Shown: positions 9,317-19,691, counted from the first letter of the stretch. The stretch: 64,000 nucleotides of DNA from an uncultured Verrucomicrobiae bacterium (GCA_963709435.1 CAVPWK010000010.1:111399-175398), one strand, 5' to 3'. Notes: a model not told the origin generated them from the letters alone. Program-made: numbers and translations.

Positions 9317-9529
9317 TTACCTGCGAAAGAGCGAAAAGATCACACTTAGGACGATGCTGATGATGATGCAGGTAACGATTGGGAAATAGAAAGCGCTGTT
9401 TCCTCGTTCGACCCGGATGTCGCCGGGCAAACGTCCCAGCCAGCCCGCACCGATGCCAGTCCAAAGCAGAACGCCAAGAATGACGATAAAGAACCCAATA
9501 ATGGCGAGCAATTTTCCGAACTCAGGCAC
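9317..9529 (-). CDS. DUF2905 family small membrane protein
   Basis: 70 aa with two TM helices and the signature LPGDIRVERGNSAFYFPI. Confidence 0.75.
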   Translation of the reverse strand: MPEFGKLLAIIGFFIVILGVLLWTGIGAGWLGRLPGDIRVERGNSAFYFPIVTCIIISIVLSVIFSLFRR

Positions 9530-9608
9530 AGGTTAATTTCGCATGAAACATCTGGTAGGGCGAGATTCAGTCGAGGTGGCGCGAATCCGTGCTTAATAGT
9601 GACGCGAC

Positions 9609-9637
9609 GGGGATCCCTCGACTCCGCTCGGGATGAC
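9609..9637. repeat. Half copy of the gggatccc...cgctcgggatgac element
   Basis: ggggatccctcgactccgctcgggatgac matches the right arm of the element at 3847-3884. Confidence 0.6.
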
Positions 9638-9694
9638 CTGGTAGGTGTACACAGAAAGTTGCGAATGCGGACGCCGCGATGACATTCAAATGCG

Positions 9695-10660
9695 ATGGCA
9701 GTGCAATTTCGTGATTATTACGAGACGCTCGGCGTGTCGAAGACCGCGAGCGAAGACGAGATCCGGTCTGCCTTTCGTAAACTCGCGCGCAAATACCATC
9801 CGGATGTCGCCAAGGATAAAAAGACAGCGGAGGAAAAATTTAAGCAGATCAATGAAGCTTACGAAGTTCTAGGCGACCCGGAGAAACGCCGAAAATACGA
9901 CCAGTTGGGCGAGCATTGGAATCAGCCTGGCGGCTTTCAGCCACCGCCGCAATGGGGCGCAGGTCAACCGGGCGGCGGAGTCCGCTGGGGTTCCGGAGAA
10001 AATGGCGGCGTCGAGTTTGAATTTGGCGGCACTGGTTTCAGCGATTTCTTTGAAGCCTTTTTCGGTGGCGGTCGCGGCCGCTCGGCCTTCGGGGGATTTG
10101 GTCAACGGGAGACGATGGCGGAACGCGGAAACGATGTCGAAGCCGATATCATGGTGACACTGGAGGAAGCATACCATGGTTCGAAGCGACAGGTTTCGTT
10201 GCGACGCGCTGGTTCGAAGAAAACCGAAACGTATCAGGTAAAAATTCCGCGCGGTGTGCGTGAAGGACAACGCATTCGTCTCGCGGGCCAGGGCGAAGCG
10301 GGCGAGGGCGGCGGGAAAAGCGGGGACTTGTTTTTGCGCGTGCGCCTGGCGCGACATCCGGATTTTTCGGTGGAAGGTAGCGATCTCGTGCACGAGGTGA
10401 AAATCGCGCCGTGGCAGGCGGTGCTGGGCGATCACCTGATTGTGCCTACTTTGGAAGGGCACGCGCGTTTGAAATTGCCGCCGGGGACGCAAGGCGGACA
10501 ACGGTTTCGTTTACGCGAGCGCGGCCTGCCCGGTGTTTCGGGTCAACGCGGCGACTTGTATGTGGTAGTGCAAATTGCGCTCCCAAAAAAATTAACTGAA
10601 CGCGAGAAAGAAATCTGGGAACAGCTCGCGCGGTTGCATGGCAGCGAGACATCCGCTTAA
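9695..10660 (+). CDS. cbpA: J-domain co-chaperone, CbpA-like (no zinc finger)
   Basis: J domain (DYYETLGV...KYHPD), a G/F-rich linker and a DnaJ C-terminal domain. No CxxCxGxG repeats. Confidence 0.8.
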   Translation: MAVQFRDYYETLGVSKTASEDEIRSAFRKLARKYHPDVAKDKKTAEEKFKQINEAYEVLGDPEKRRKYDQLGEHWNQPGGFQPPPQWGAGQPGGGVRWGSGENGGVEFEFGGTGFSDFFEAFFGGGRGRSAFGGFGQRETMAERGNDVEADIMVTLEEAYHGSKRQVSLRRAGSKKTETYQVKIPRGVREGQRIRLAGQGEAGEGGGKSGDLFLRVRLARHPDFSVEGSDLVHEVKIAPWQAVLGDHLIVPTLEGHARLKLPPGTQGGQRFRLRERGLPGVSGQRGDLYVVVQIALPKKLTEREKEIWEQLARLHGSETSA

Positions 10661-10668
10661 ACAGGGCG

Positions 10669-11103
10669 ATGAAAATTTCGCTCGGATCCGATCACGCCGG
10701 TTTCAAATTGAAGGAAAAGGTCAAAGCCTTGCTGGGCGAACTGGGACATGAGGTGAAAGATGTCGGAACTTTTGCAGCGGACCCGCCGGTAGATTATCCA
10801 TTGTTTATTCGGCCGGCAGCGGAAGCAGTCGCGCGAGGCGAGTGCGACCATGGAATCGTTTTCGGCGGCTCGGGGAACGGCGAAGCGATGGTGGCGAACA
10901 AAGTGCATGGCGTGCGTTGCGCGTTGTGCTGGAGTTTGGAAAGCGCGCGACTTTCGCGTCGGCACAACGATGCCAACGTGCTTTCGCTCGGTGAACGATT
11001 GATCGAAGAAGGTCTCGCGCTGGAGATTGTGCGGACGTGGTTGACGACAGACTTCGAAGGCGGACGACACGAGCCGCGCGTTGCGATGCTAAACGCGATG
11101 TGA
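10669..11103 (+). CDS. rpiB: Ribose-5-phosphate isomerase B
   Basis: 144 aa. MKISLGSDHAGFKLKE...GSGNGEAMVANK is typical of RpiB/LacAB. Confidence 0.9.
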   Translation: MKISLGSDHAGFKLKEKVKALLGELGHEVKDVGTFAADPPVDYPLFIRPAAEAVARGECDHGIVFGGSGNGEAMVANKVHGVRCALCWSLESARLSRRHNDANVLSLGERLIEEGLALEIVRTWLTTDFEGGRHEPRVAMLNAM

Positions 11104-11109
11104 TCACCT

Positions 11110-11181
11110 TGTAGCCGCGGTCGACGGCCGCAGCTGAGCGATTGCAATAGCAGGAAACTGCGGCCAGCGACGGCGGCTACA
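11110..11181. terminator. Long hairpin between convergent rpiB and UbiA-family genes (possible bidirectional terminator/REP)
   Basis: The 24-nt arms tgtagccgcggtcgacggccgcag and ctgcggccagcgacggcggctaca are about 21/24 complementary around a ~24-nt loop. There is no clear U-tract. Confidence 0.45.
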
Positions 11182-12067
11182 GTAGCCGATCGGCGCAGAC
11201 GGCTGCGAGAAACACCCCGCTCACGAACGCATTCGAATTGAAGAAGGCGCGGTTGATCGAAATAATATCGTCGAGCGCGCCCGCGCTGCGGTGCTCGTAG
11301 ATGAGCGTCGCTGCGATTGGAACCATCGAGGTGAAGTAAACTGGACCGAGCTTCGCGATTATCCCGAAACCAATCAGTGCCATCAGCATTAAAAGATGGA
11401 GAAATTGCGCAACTCGGAGGGTGGCTGCGAGACCGAGCCGAACGACGAGCGAATGCAAGCCCTCTTGGCGATCGAAATCGTGATCTTGCGTCGCGTAAAT
11501 CAAATCAAACCCGCTAACCCAGCAGACGACGCCGAAGGCAAGAATCAGCGGCGGTAATTGTATCCGACCGGTTTGCGCAATCCAGGCGGCGACCGGCGCA
11601 ATACCAAGCGCGAAGCCGAGAAAGAAATGTGTCGCGTCAGTGAAATGTTTGGTGAGCGAGTAGAGAAAAATGAAACCGAGCGCCACGGGTGAAAGCACGA
11701 AAGTGAGGCGATTGATGTTTGCCGCAAAGAAAACAAACAACGCACTGCTAAGAACGAGCGAAATCAACACCACGGGCTTGGTTGCGAGAAGATGCCGGGT
11801 CGCGGTCCTCGGATTGCGCTGATCGATTTCCCAATCGACCAAACGGTTGAAGAGCATTGCCGCAGTTCGAGCAGTGACCATACATGCCAACACCAAAAGC
11901 AAGATTCTGAGGTCGGGTCGTCCATTCGCCGCTACAACCAGCGCCGCAAGAGCAAAAGGCAGCGCAAAAATCGTGTGGGAAAACCGGATCAGTCGAAGAA
12001 AGCGTGCGAACGCGCTGCCGCGGTTTTGAGCGACTGCGAAATTGTGCAGCACTTCCTGCTCGTTCAT
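11177..12067 (-). CDS. UbiA family polyprenyltransferase (4-hydroxybenzoate polyprenyltransferase-like)
   Basis: 296 aa polytopic protein with the Asp-rich motif NRLVDWEIDQRN. Confidence 0.85.
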   Translation of the reverse strand: MNEQEVLHNFAVAQNRGSAFARFLRLIRFSHTIFALPFALAALVVAANGRPDLRILLLVLACMVTARTAAMLFNRLVDWEIDQRNPRTATRHLLATKPVVLISLVLSSALFVFFAANINRLTFVLSPVALGFIFLYSLTKHFTDATHFFLGFALGIAPVAAWIAQTGRIQLPPLILAFGVVCWVSGFDLIYATQDHDFDRQEGLHSLVVRLGLAATLRVAQFLHLLMLMALIGFGIIAKLGPVYFTSMVPIAATLIYEHRSAGALDDIISINRAFFNSNAFVSGVFLAAVCADRLL

Positions 12068-12651
12068 GAAGGAAGTAATGACGCGAGTCGCTCACGTGCA
12101 CGAGTAACGATGGGATTTCCATGCGCGAAAAAAATGCGATTGAAATCGAGATCGAGAAGGCGGCGCAACGAGCGAGTCATTCGTTTTTGGTTGGTGCAAT
12201 ATTTTTGGGGCAAAAGGTCAAAGCCATGAGGTTCAAAATTGATGAGCGCATCGCCAACGATCAGTGTGCCGCCATCATCCGGATGATAAAGCGCGAACTC
12301 GCCGTCCGCGGCGCCATCGATCTTGATGGCTCGGAATGGTCCGACCTGAAGACCATCGGACAACGCGTGGTTATGGGTTAATTCGCCGTTTAACTCAGAC
12401 GGGGCAAAAATGGAAGCGGAGTGGGAAAAATTCAGTGTGTCGCGCAAATGGTTCGCATTCGTGACAATGATAATGGCGACGCGTCCGAGCGCATCGAGTT
12501 CGGTGCGGTATGGGGCGGGCAAAGCGATGGGGTCGACAACGGTAAGCTCGTTTCTTGCTGAAAGGGCAGTGGAAAAGAGATCCGCCTTGACGGTTGGATC
12601 GTAAGTATACCAGATGGCGAAGGCAGTGGAGACACGGCAAAATTCCATCAC
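12064..12651 (-). CDS. MBL-fold-like hydrolase domain protein (degenerate metal motif)
   Basis: 195 aa whose beta-lactamase-fold-like pattern ends in FFAHG. The canonical HxHxDH is replaced (TNANHLRD), so activity is uncertain. Confidence 0.45.
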   Translation of the reverse strand: MMEFCRVSTAFAIWYTYDPTVKADLFSTALSARNELTVVDPIALPAPYRTELDALGRVAIIIVTNANHLRDTLNFSHSASIFAPSELNGELTHNHALSDGLQVGPFRAIKIDGAADGEFALYHPDDGGTLIVGDALINFEPHGFDLLPQKYCTNQKRMTRSLRRLLDLDFNRIFFAHGNPIVTRARERLASLLPS

Positions 12652-12762
12652 GCAAATACCCAGTGATTAATCACTTACATTTGTGGCTAAACCGAGTTTA
12701 AGAGAACGAACGAGGGGCTCACTGGCACTGTAGCTGCTACGATTTTTATAATTACCTATCTT

Positions 12763-13989
12763 ATGATCACATTCTCCTACCAAGCGCGTGACGCCGCGGG
12801 ACGCATCGTTTCCGGTGTCCAGGAAGCTCTCAACGAAGACAACGCCGTGACCAGTTTGATGAGTCGCGGTCTGATGGTGCTTTCTCTGCAGCGAAAAGCG
12901 ACTGCCAGCCAGTCGCGGCGGCAGTCCACTACCGTGAAAGAGACCGATCTCGTTCTCTTCACCCGGCAGCTCTCGACCATGGTCGAGGCCGGTATTTCCC
13001 TGGTGCAAGCTCTGACCGCCTTGTACGAACAGGCTGATCCAAAACGGCAACGCGCGCTGCGCGCCGTCATTAGCGACATTACCGCACGAGTCCAAGGTGG
13101 AGAAACTTTCAATGAATCGTTAGCCAAGCATCCACGTGTCTTCAATCGGCTTTTTATAAGCATGGTGAAAGCGGGTGAACACGGTGGTTTGCTGGCCGAA
13201 ATTCTTGACCGTCTCGCCGGCTTCCTTGAAGCGAGCGCCCGACTGCGCAAGAAAGTCAAATCGGCGATGACCTATCCGGTCATCGTGGTCTGCATTGCCT
13301 TCGCCATTACCACGTTTCTGATCGTGCGCGTTGTCCCGATCTTCGGGGAAATTTTCGCGGACTTCGGAGCCAAGCTTCCCGCGCCGACTCAATTCCTGAT
13401 TGATGTCAGTGACTTTGTTCGTGGGCAATGGTACTTCCTCATCCTCGGTATTGGCGGTTCGATTTTCGGTGTTCGCACTTTTTTGCGATCGACCCGTGGC
13501 AAACAGCTGTGGGATCGTTGGAAACTCAAGCTCCCGGTTTTCGGCCCGCTTGTTCATAAGATTTGCATGTCTCGCTTTGCCCGTACCTTCGCGCAATTGA
13601 TCCGTAGCGGCGTTCCGATCCTCGAAGTCCTCGACATCGTGGGCGGTTCGTCTGGCAATCACGTTGTCGAAACCAGCATCAAAGAAGTCGGCGCCGACGT
13701 GGAGAAGGGCGACACTCTTTCGGTTGCACTTTCACGGAAGACCATCTTCCCGCCTATGCTCCTGCGCATGGTCGCGGCGGGCGAAGCCACCGGTAAGATC
13801 GACACCATGCTGGAGAAAATGGCCGATTTCTGGGACGAAGAAATTGAAGCGATGCTGGACGCCCTCACTTCGCTGATTGAACCACTTTTGATCGTTTTCC
13901 TCGGCGTAATCGTCGGCGGAATCGTGATCGCGATGTTCCTACCGATCTTCAAGTTGAACGAAGTAGTCTCTCAAAACAAGAGCAACTGA
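12763..13989 (+). CDS. Type II secretion system F / type IV pilus PilC family protein
   Basis: 408 aa with two GspF repeats (FTRQLSTMVEAGISL, FARTFAQLIRSGVPI) and three TM segments. No partner ATPase lies in the window. Confidence 0.9.
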   Translation: MITFSYQARDAAGRIVSGVQEALNEDNAVTSLMSRGLMVLSLQRKATASQSRRQSTTVKETDLVLFTRQLSTMVEAGISLVQALTALYEQADPKRQRALRAVISDITARVQGGETFNESLAKHPRVFNRLFISMVKAGEHGGLLAEILDRLAGFLEASARLRKKVKSAMTYPVIVVCIAFAITTFLIVRVVPIFGEIFADFGAKLPAPTQFLIDVSDFVRGQWYFLILGIGGSIFGVRTFLRSTRGKQLWDRWKLKLPVFGPLVHKICMSRFARTFAQLIRSGVPILEVLDIVGGSSGNHVVETSIKEVGADVEKGDTLSVALSRKTIFPPMLLRMVAAGEATGKIDTMLEKMADFWDEEIEAMLDALTSLIEPLLIVFLGVIVGGIVIAMFLPIFKLNEVVSQNKSN

Positions 13990-14041
13990 GTTTAGTTGTG
14001 TCACAGAGCAATAGCTAAGGAGAAGCTGCTCAAAGACAGGG

Positions 14042-14079
14042 GAGGGGCGGGTCGAAAGGCCCGCCTCTTTCCTTTTTGG
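14042..14079 (+). terminator. Rho-independent terminator after the GspF/PilC gene
   Basis: Stem ggggcggg / cccgcctc around the loop tcgaaagg, followed by tttcctttttgg. Confidence 0.7.
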
Positions 14080-14219
14080 TATATATCGTTATTCCTGCAG
14101 TTGTTCACGCTCCTGATTGGACTCGAAATGTTCGCAGTTTCAGCGGCCAGGTTACCTGGCGTGCATGCTCCCGATCGTGCCAAACGCTCCCTAACTCCTG
14201 CATGAGCGAATCGACTGGG

Positions 14220-14864
14220 TCAAACCCGCGCGACCGCGATAAACTCTTTCGTAGCTGACCACGTCCGAAGATACCCCGTCAGCTGAGCAAGATTCCATTG
14301 CTGGCACATCTCGAACTGATGCGATGCCAGTTCAGCAAATGGAAAGCGGATGCTCTCAAAATTAGTTTCAACCAGATCGCGCTCTGGCGGCCAATAGGGA
14401 CCGGTTGTTTCGCGGTAAAACTTCGAAAGAATTTCGTCGATTTCAGGATTGACGCTTGCGTGTGTGTAAGTCGAGACCGCCAGAATCCCGCTTTCCTTTG
14501 ACACCCGTTTTGCCTCCGTGAAAAACTGATCCATATCGAACCAATGCAACGCCTGGGCGACAAGGATCAGGTCTATTGAATCTGGATCGATTCCACTCGC
14601 TTCCGACGGAGCGACCCGGTAGCTGATGCCCGGGTGACGTTGCGCGCTTTCGATTTGCGGCGCGCTCGCATCCGTCGCGATTACCTTGGCGAAATGCTCA
14701 GCCAGCCCGACTGCCGCCTGCCCGCTCCCAGTCGCGCAATCCCACGCCAGTTCGCGCTCTGGTGAAATTGAAGCGAGATGGTCGAATAGTTTAGGAGGAT
14801 AATTCGGCCGAAACTTTGCGTAATCAGCGGCGTGTCCCGAGAAATGGTCTTTAAATGTGGTCAT
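14220..14864 (-). CDS. Class I SAM-dependent methyltransferase
   Basis: Motif I region AWDCATGSGQAA. The internal Met MTTFKDHF abuts the helicase stop (track ORF to 14885). Confidence 0.8.
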   Translation of the reverse strand: MTTFKDHFSGHAADYAKFRPNYPPKLFDHLASISPERELAWDCATGSGQAAVGLAEHFAKVIATDASAPQIESAQRHPGISYRVAPSEASGIDPDSIDLILVAQALHWFDMDQFFTEAKRVSKESGILAVSTYTHASVNPEIDEILSKFYRETTGPYWPPERDLVETNFESIRFPFAELASHQFEMCQQWNLAQLTGYLRTWSATKEFIAVARV

Positions 14865-17572
14865 TGCGTCGCCAGCTCGGTCCAATTCTCGTTAGGCAAG
14901 GCAACTTGACGGACGCGGGCGTAGAGCTCACGATAAATTCGTTCGACCGCCAGCGCCGGATCCTCCAGCATCATCGTCTCTTTAATTTTGCTGGCGTAAA
15001 TCGGGAAGGAAAATGGCGAGACCGCCGGCAGCTCGCGCAGTTGCCAGTCGAAGTGTTGCACGCGGTCGAGAAAAGCATTGCCTTCTTCAGCATCGAGAAA
15101 AATCTGGCTGGCCTGGCGGTATGCTTCCTCCAGCAGTGGATGATTCGGCTCGTGGGTCTCGAGCACACGAAAAATCGTTTCCGTGCTCCAATGCATTTGT
15201 CTGCGGGCGCGCTTTTGACCTGGGTAATTGCGCGGCACCATCAGTCCGGTTTGAGCGACGCCGCGGAATTGCCACTTTACCAATTCCGATCCGCGCATAG
15301 CCAGCCGCAGATCTTCTTCCGCGCCTTCGCGCTCGAAACAGACCCGCCAATCTTCCAACGTTAATTCCTGGAACCGGCGAAGCGTGAGCAGGAATCCGGA
15401 GTCGTCGAGCGTGACGAGTGCATTACCGCCACTTCGATTCTTCATTCGCCAGGCGACGATGCGGGAAAGCGCGTCGTTGGCACTGCGGCCAATCAGGGCG
15501 TGAAAAAAGTAATGGGAGAAATCTTCGTCACGATACAGTTCAATCAGCATGGAATCGCCGGTCGGCACGTCGGAGATAGCGAGTTGTGTGCGAAATTGTT
15601 CCACCATAGCTTGAGCATTCGCTAACGAGATTTGGTAATGCTCGACCAGCCAATCTACACTCACCGCGTCGTTTGTTTCCTGACGCAAGTGGTCGGCCAA
15701 ATCGGCGCGTAGTTCTCGCACGGCCCGGGCTACTCCCGAGGTCAGGGGCATTTTGGCCGCGTTCCAGCGCGGAATAGTCGGCAATTGGCCGTCCGCCCGT
15801 TCAACAAACGCCTCCTGCACTCCGGTATCGATCAATCGCAGGACCCGGCCGCCGAGCACGAAGAGATCGCCGATTTGCAGGCCCTTGATGAAACCTTCTT
15901 CAACCGAGCCAAGCCGGCGCCGCTTCAACATGACGTCGACAAATCCTTCGGAAACGATCGTCCCGATGTTGATCAGGAATTCGCGCGCCACACGCTTGTT
16001 TGCCAGAGCAACGATTCCATCATCGCCGATGGAGATTTTCCCAAAAACGCCACGATATTGTTGCGCCAGGGCTTCGCCCCCGCCCTCCAGGTATTGCAAC
16101 ACTCGATCGAACTCCTCGTGGCTGAGGTCGTGAAATGGTCGCGCTCGCGTGATCAGGTGATAGATGGAGTCGGCTGACGCCGGCGCCAGCGCGACAATGC
16201 CGACAATATGCTGGGCGACGACATCAAAAGGCTTTTCCAAAATTTTGATCGGATCGAGGGCGCGCTCGCGCACAAGCTTTGCCGTGACCGTCGCTTCCAC
16301 GAGGTCGTTGACGTTGGTGGCGACGAGAATGCCGTGGCTGCTCTTGTTTAGCGAATGCCCTGACCGGCCGATACGCTGGATGGCGCGCGAGACGCCTTTC
16401 GGCGTCGCCACCATGACGACCAGATCGACTGCGCCAATATCAATTCCAAGCTCGAGACTGGTCGAGCAAACGACGGCCCGCAGTTCGCCATTCTTCAAGC
16501 GATCTTCAACCGCGAGGCGAACGCTCCGATCAAGTGAAGCATGGTGAATCTCAATCGCGTCAGCCAGTTCCGGAAGGTGCTCGCGCAATCGCAGTCCGAT
16601 TTGTTCCGCGGCCGATCGGACATTGGTGAAGACAATGACCGACTGGCGCGAGCGAATCAGTTGCGACAACTCCGCATAAAGACGCGTACCGGTGTAGCCG
16701 GATGGTGGATACGGATCGCGCCGGATTGGAGAAAAAACGTCTACGATTTGTTCTTTCTCGATACGCGCTTCGGCGATGCGGCATTTGCGGCCCATGCCGA
16801 CAAGAAATGCGGCGAGCAAGTCAAGCGGCGCAGCCGTAGCGGAGAGGCCGATCCGACAAAGGTTGTTTTTCGGGCTGTAGCCGCTTCGCTGTGCGAAGCG
16901 CGAGACGGATTTGCGCTCCGGACTGGTGCGGCCGACACGGCCGCCGCTACAGATCGCTTCGAGTCGCTCGAGGGAAATGCTCAGGTCCGCGCCGCGTTTG
17001 TTGCCGGCGAAGGAATGTAATTCATCGACGATCACGAACTCCGTCTTGGCGAGATGTTGTGCGTAACTTTCCTGTGCCAGCAAAATGGCGAGCGATTCGG
17101 GCGTCGTGACGAGAAAGGGAGATGGCTGGTTGCGAAATTTGGTGCGCTCGGTCGCCGTGGTATCGCCGGTCCGCAAGTGAATGCGGAGTTCCTTTTCCAG
17201 GCCCATGCCGGCAATAGGTGCGCGCAAGTTTTTCTCGATGTCGTAGGCGAGCGCACGCAGTGGGGAAACATAGATGCAGCGCACGCCCGGCTTCAGACTG
17301 CCGGAGTCAAGTTCTCGGAGAAGCGAATCAAAAACACCGAGGAATCCGGCGAGGGTCTTCCCGCTACCGGTGGGAGAGGTGAGAAGGATCGATTCGCCTT
17401 TTAGGACAGAAGGAACGCAGAGCAACTGCGCGTGGGTGAATGCCGGAAACCTGGCGAAGAACCAATCGCGTAAGCGTGGATGTAGGTGCACCGCCAATGA
17501 TGATTCCTTTTTAACGCGCTTCGGTTGTGTTTTTCCTCCGTTCGGACATCGCAACATCGAATTCGGCCTCAC
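14861..17572 (-). CDS. lhr: Lhr-like DEAD/DEAH-box helicase with DEAD-associated C-terminal domain
   Basis: 903 aa with Walker A TSPTGSGKT and a DELH box (VIVDELHSF), plus helicase C motifs and a long C-terminal extension. The start is uncertain and overlaps the upstream ORF. Confidence 0.8.
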   Translation of the reverse strand: MRPNSMLRCPNGGKTQPKRVKKESSLAVHLHPRLRDWFFARFPAFTHAQLLCVPSVLKGESILLTSPTGSGKTLAGFLGVFDSLLRELDSGSLKPGVRCIYVSPLRALAYDIEKNLRAPIAGMGLEKELRIHLRTGDTTATERTKFRNQPSPFLVTTPESLAILLAQESYAQHLAKTEFVIVDELHSFAGNKRGADLSISLERLEAICSGGRVGRTSPERKSVSRFAQRSGYSPKNNLCRIGLSATAAPLDLLAAFLVGMGRKCRIAEARIEKEQIVDVFSPIRRDPYPPSGYTGTRLYAELSQLIRSRQSVIVFTNVRSAAEQIGLRLREHLPELADAIEIHHASLDRSVRLAVEDRLKNGELRAVVCSTSLELGIDIGAVDLVVMVATPKGVSRAIQRIGRSGHSLNKSSHGILVATNVNDLVEATVTAKLVRERALDPIKILEKPFDVVAQHIVGIVALAPASADSIYHLITRARPFHDLSHEEFDRVLQYLEGGGEALAQQYRGVFGKISIGDDGIVALANKRVAREFLINIGTIVSEGFVDVMLKRRRLGSVEEGFIKGLQIGDLFVLGGRVLRLIDTGVQEAFVERADGQLPTIPRWNAAKMPLTSGVARAVRELRADLADHLRQETNDAVSVDWLVEHYQISLANAQAMVEQFRTQLAISDVPTGDSMLIELYRDEDFSHYFFHALIGRSANDALSRIVAWRMKNRSGGNALVTLDDSGFLLTLRRFQELTLEDWRVCFEREGAEEDLRLAMRGSELVKWQFRGVAQTGLMVPRNYPGQKRARRQMHWSTETIFRVLETHEPNHPLLEEAYRQASQIFLDAEEGNAFLDRVQHFDWQLRELPAVSPFSFPIYASKIKETMMLEDPALAVERIYRELYARVRQVALPNENWTELATQ

Positions 17573-18338
17573 TCGGTGATACTTTCACTTCAAAATCATC
17601 GAATATTGCGTGTCCGTCCTTTGCTTTCCATTGTTGGACATTAGCCTGCGTGTAGATGTTTTTGCCGTCGCTTGTTTGCGTTAGCCTGGAACCATAGGGA
17701 GCAAGCACTACCCGCTTTTCGTTTGCAAAACCGATAAGAGTTCTACTTGTTCCGCCGGCGCCCCATGCCTGCCCTAGCCACACAGCGCCATCTGGTTCAA
17801 CCGTAAGATTGGTGTGTTTGCCTGGGCCTGCGTAGGTGTGGCGCAAACCGTCATAGTCGATGTAACGAATCGAGCTGATCATTGGTTTGCGATCTTCCCG
17901 AAAATATTCAAGCGGCTCCCGTGGCCGATTCACCGCCTCATCGATGAGTGCAAGGTTTGATTCCAGGGTCTGACGAATCTGTTCGTATTCAGCGAGACTA
18001 AATCGGTTTGGACTTACAAAAATTGGCCAGGGATCTTCCGCACGATTGTCTCGGAAATGGTGGAGCTGCTGAGCCGTGGTTGGTGCAAGGTAGAGGCGTG
18101 CCCGGGGTTTCACCTTATCGACCAGGCGAACGTTCTTCCCTTCGATATATCGTAGCTCGAATGTGATATAGGTGGTTTCAAATGTAGCTAAATGATCTTC
18201 GTGGAGGACGAGCCGGCCTGGTCCACACGGCAAATCGAAAACGTCATGCTGGGTCCGTTTGCTACAACCACCCAGGCATAATGCGCTGATCGCGATGGCT
18301 GCCGTTGCTGCGCGCAAACTCACGGGAGCCGCGTGCAT
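17511..18338 (-). CDS. Hypothetical lipoprotein
   Basis: The internal Met gives MHAAPVSLRAATAAIAISALCLGGCS (lipobox LGGC). No family recognised. Confidence 0.55.
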   Translation of the reverse strand: MHAAPVSLRAATAAIAISALCLGGCSKRTQHDVFDLPCGPGRLVLHEDHLATFETTYITFELRYIEGKNVRLVDKVKPRARLYLAPTTAQQLHHFRDNRAEDPWPIFVSPNRFSLAEYEQIRQTLESNLALIDEAVNRPREPLEYFREDRKPMISSIRYIDYDGLRHTYAGPGKHTNLTVEPDGAVWLGQAWGAGGTSRTLIGFANEKRVVLAPYGSRLTQTSDGKNIYTQANVQQWKAKDGHAIFDDFEVKVSPSEAEFDVAMSERRKNTTEAR

Positions 18339-18343
18339 CAAAA

Positions 18344-19588
18344 TTAGCCTTCCGGATTTACCGGAAAATGTTTGTTCTTCAGGTGCTCGGGCACCCGTGC
18401 CGTGTGCTCGGATTCGATCTCTTCGCTGGCCGTGGCTAACGATTCGTATGCTTCGCGGCTCTTTTTCGCCCGGCACATGTAGGCCGTAGCATGGGCAAGC
18501 GGAATGCGCGCTTCCGGCATTCCAACGAATTCAACGGCATGTTGCGTGGCAATCGCAAGCGGAAGGGCCTGCGGATCCGCCAGCCCGACATCTTCACTCG
18601 CAAAAATGACGATGCGGCGCGCGATAAAACGGAAATCTTCGCCGGCGTGCAACATTTTCGCCAGCCAGTAAATCGCGCCTTTGTCGTCCGATGCGCGCAT
18701 ACTCTTAATAAACGCGCTGATGGTGTCGTAATGTGCATCGCCTTTCTTGTCATACACCACCGCTTTGCTTTGAATGCTTTCTTCCGCGACCTGCAGAGTG
18801 AAATGGATCAGCGGTTGGTTGTAGCCGCGGTCATCGTCGGCGGCGGATTGTCCGTGTCCCCCCTGCTTTTTTGTTTGGCCGCGGCCAGCGACCGCGGCTA
18901 GAGGCGGCGTTGTCAGCACCCCGACTTCCAGCGCATTCAAACATTTGCGTGCGTCGCCGTCGCTCAACTTTGCCAGATGTCGCCGCGCGTCAGCGTCCAT
19001 TTTGACGTTATTTTTTCCGAGGCCCCGTTCTGAATCGGCGAGGGCGCGATCAATCAATAGTTCCAGTTGCTCGACCGTGAGTGGTTCGAGTCGGAAAACC
19101 AGCGAACGCGAGACCAACGCGCTGTTAACGTAAAAGTATGGATTGTAAGTAGTGGCCCCGATTAACCGCAGATTTCCACTCTCCACATCGGGCAGAAGGA
19201 TATCCTGCTGCGCTTTATTGAAATGGTGAATCTCATCGATGAATACGATGGTTTTCCGTCCCGCGGTTCGAAGCCGATTGGCCGCCGCGGCAACCACCTT
19301 GCGCATTTCCGCCACGTTACTTTCGACTCCGCTTAAGCGGATGAATTCGGAGTGAGTTATTTCCGCAACCACATACGCCAGAGTGGTTTTGCCGCTTCCC
19401 GGCGGGCCGGATATAATTAAGGACGGCAGGCGATCGGCTTCGATGGCGCGGCGCAAGAGTTTCCCCGGCGCCAGGATATGTTCCTGGCCGACAAACTCCT
19501 CCAGGGTGCGCGGGCGCATTCGCGTGGCCAGAGGGGCAGCTGTGCTAACGCGTTCGAGATTCTCAGTTTCGGCGAACAAGTCATGCAT
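18344..19588 (-). CDS. rarA: Replication-associated recombination protein A (AAA+ ATPase)
   Basis: Walker A GPPGSGKTT, the IFIDEIHHFNKAQQD box and the MgsA C-terminal domain. The start is taken at MHDLFAE (track ORF to 19783). Confidence 0.9.
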   Translation of the reverse strand: MHDLFAETENLERVSTAAPLATRMRPRTLEEFVGQEHILAPGKLLRRAIEADRLPSLIISGPPGSGKTTLAYVVAEITHSEFIRLSGVESNVAEMRKVVAAAANRLRTAGRKTIVFIDEIHHFNKAQQDILLPDVESGNLRLIGATTYNPYFYVNSALVSRSLVFRLEPLTVEQLELLIDRALADSERGLGKNNVKMDADARRHLAKLSDGDARKCLNALEVGVLTTPPLAAVAGRGQTKKQGGHGQSAADDDRGYNQPLIHFTLQVAEESIQSKAVVYDKKGDAHYDTISAFIKSMRASDDKGAIYWLAKMLHAGEDFRFIARRIVIFASEDVGLADPQALPLAIATQHAVEFVGMPEARIPLAHATAYMCRAKKSREAYESLATASEEIESEHTARVPEHLKNKHFPVNPEG

Positions 19589-19691
19589 CTCGATAACGCT
19601 ACGGCGACGGCGGCCTCGACGCATGTGTAAATGTCGACGAACATACAGTGGCATAGCTTGCGCTCTATTTAATCTCACCAAACAGTTTGTA

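Noticed and set aside
9869-10501. A 210-aa minus-strand ORF inside the J-protein gene. Similar antisense ORFs include 21261..21965, 16541..17020, 30229..30675 and 59966..60523.
   Set aside because: They overlap strongly supported genes on the other strand and have no motifs.
19383-19691. N-terminal 103 codons of track ORF 19383..20585.
   Set aside because: This part is antisense to the rarA 5' region and is Arg-rich nonsense. A clean signal peptide starts at ATG 19692.
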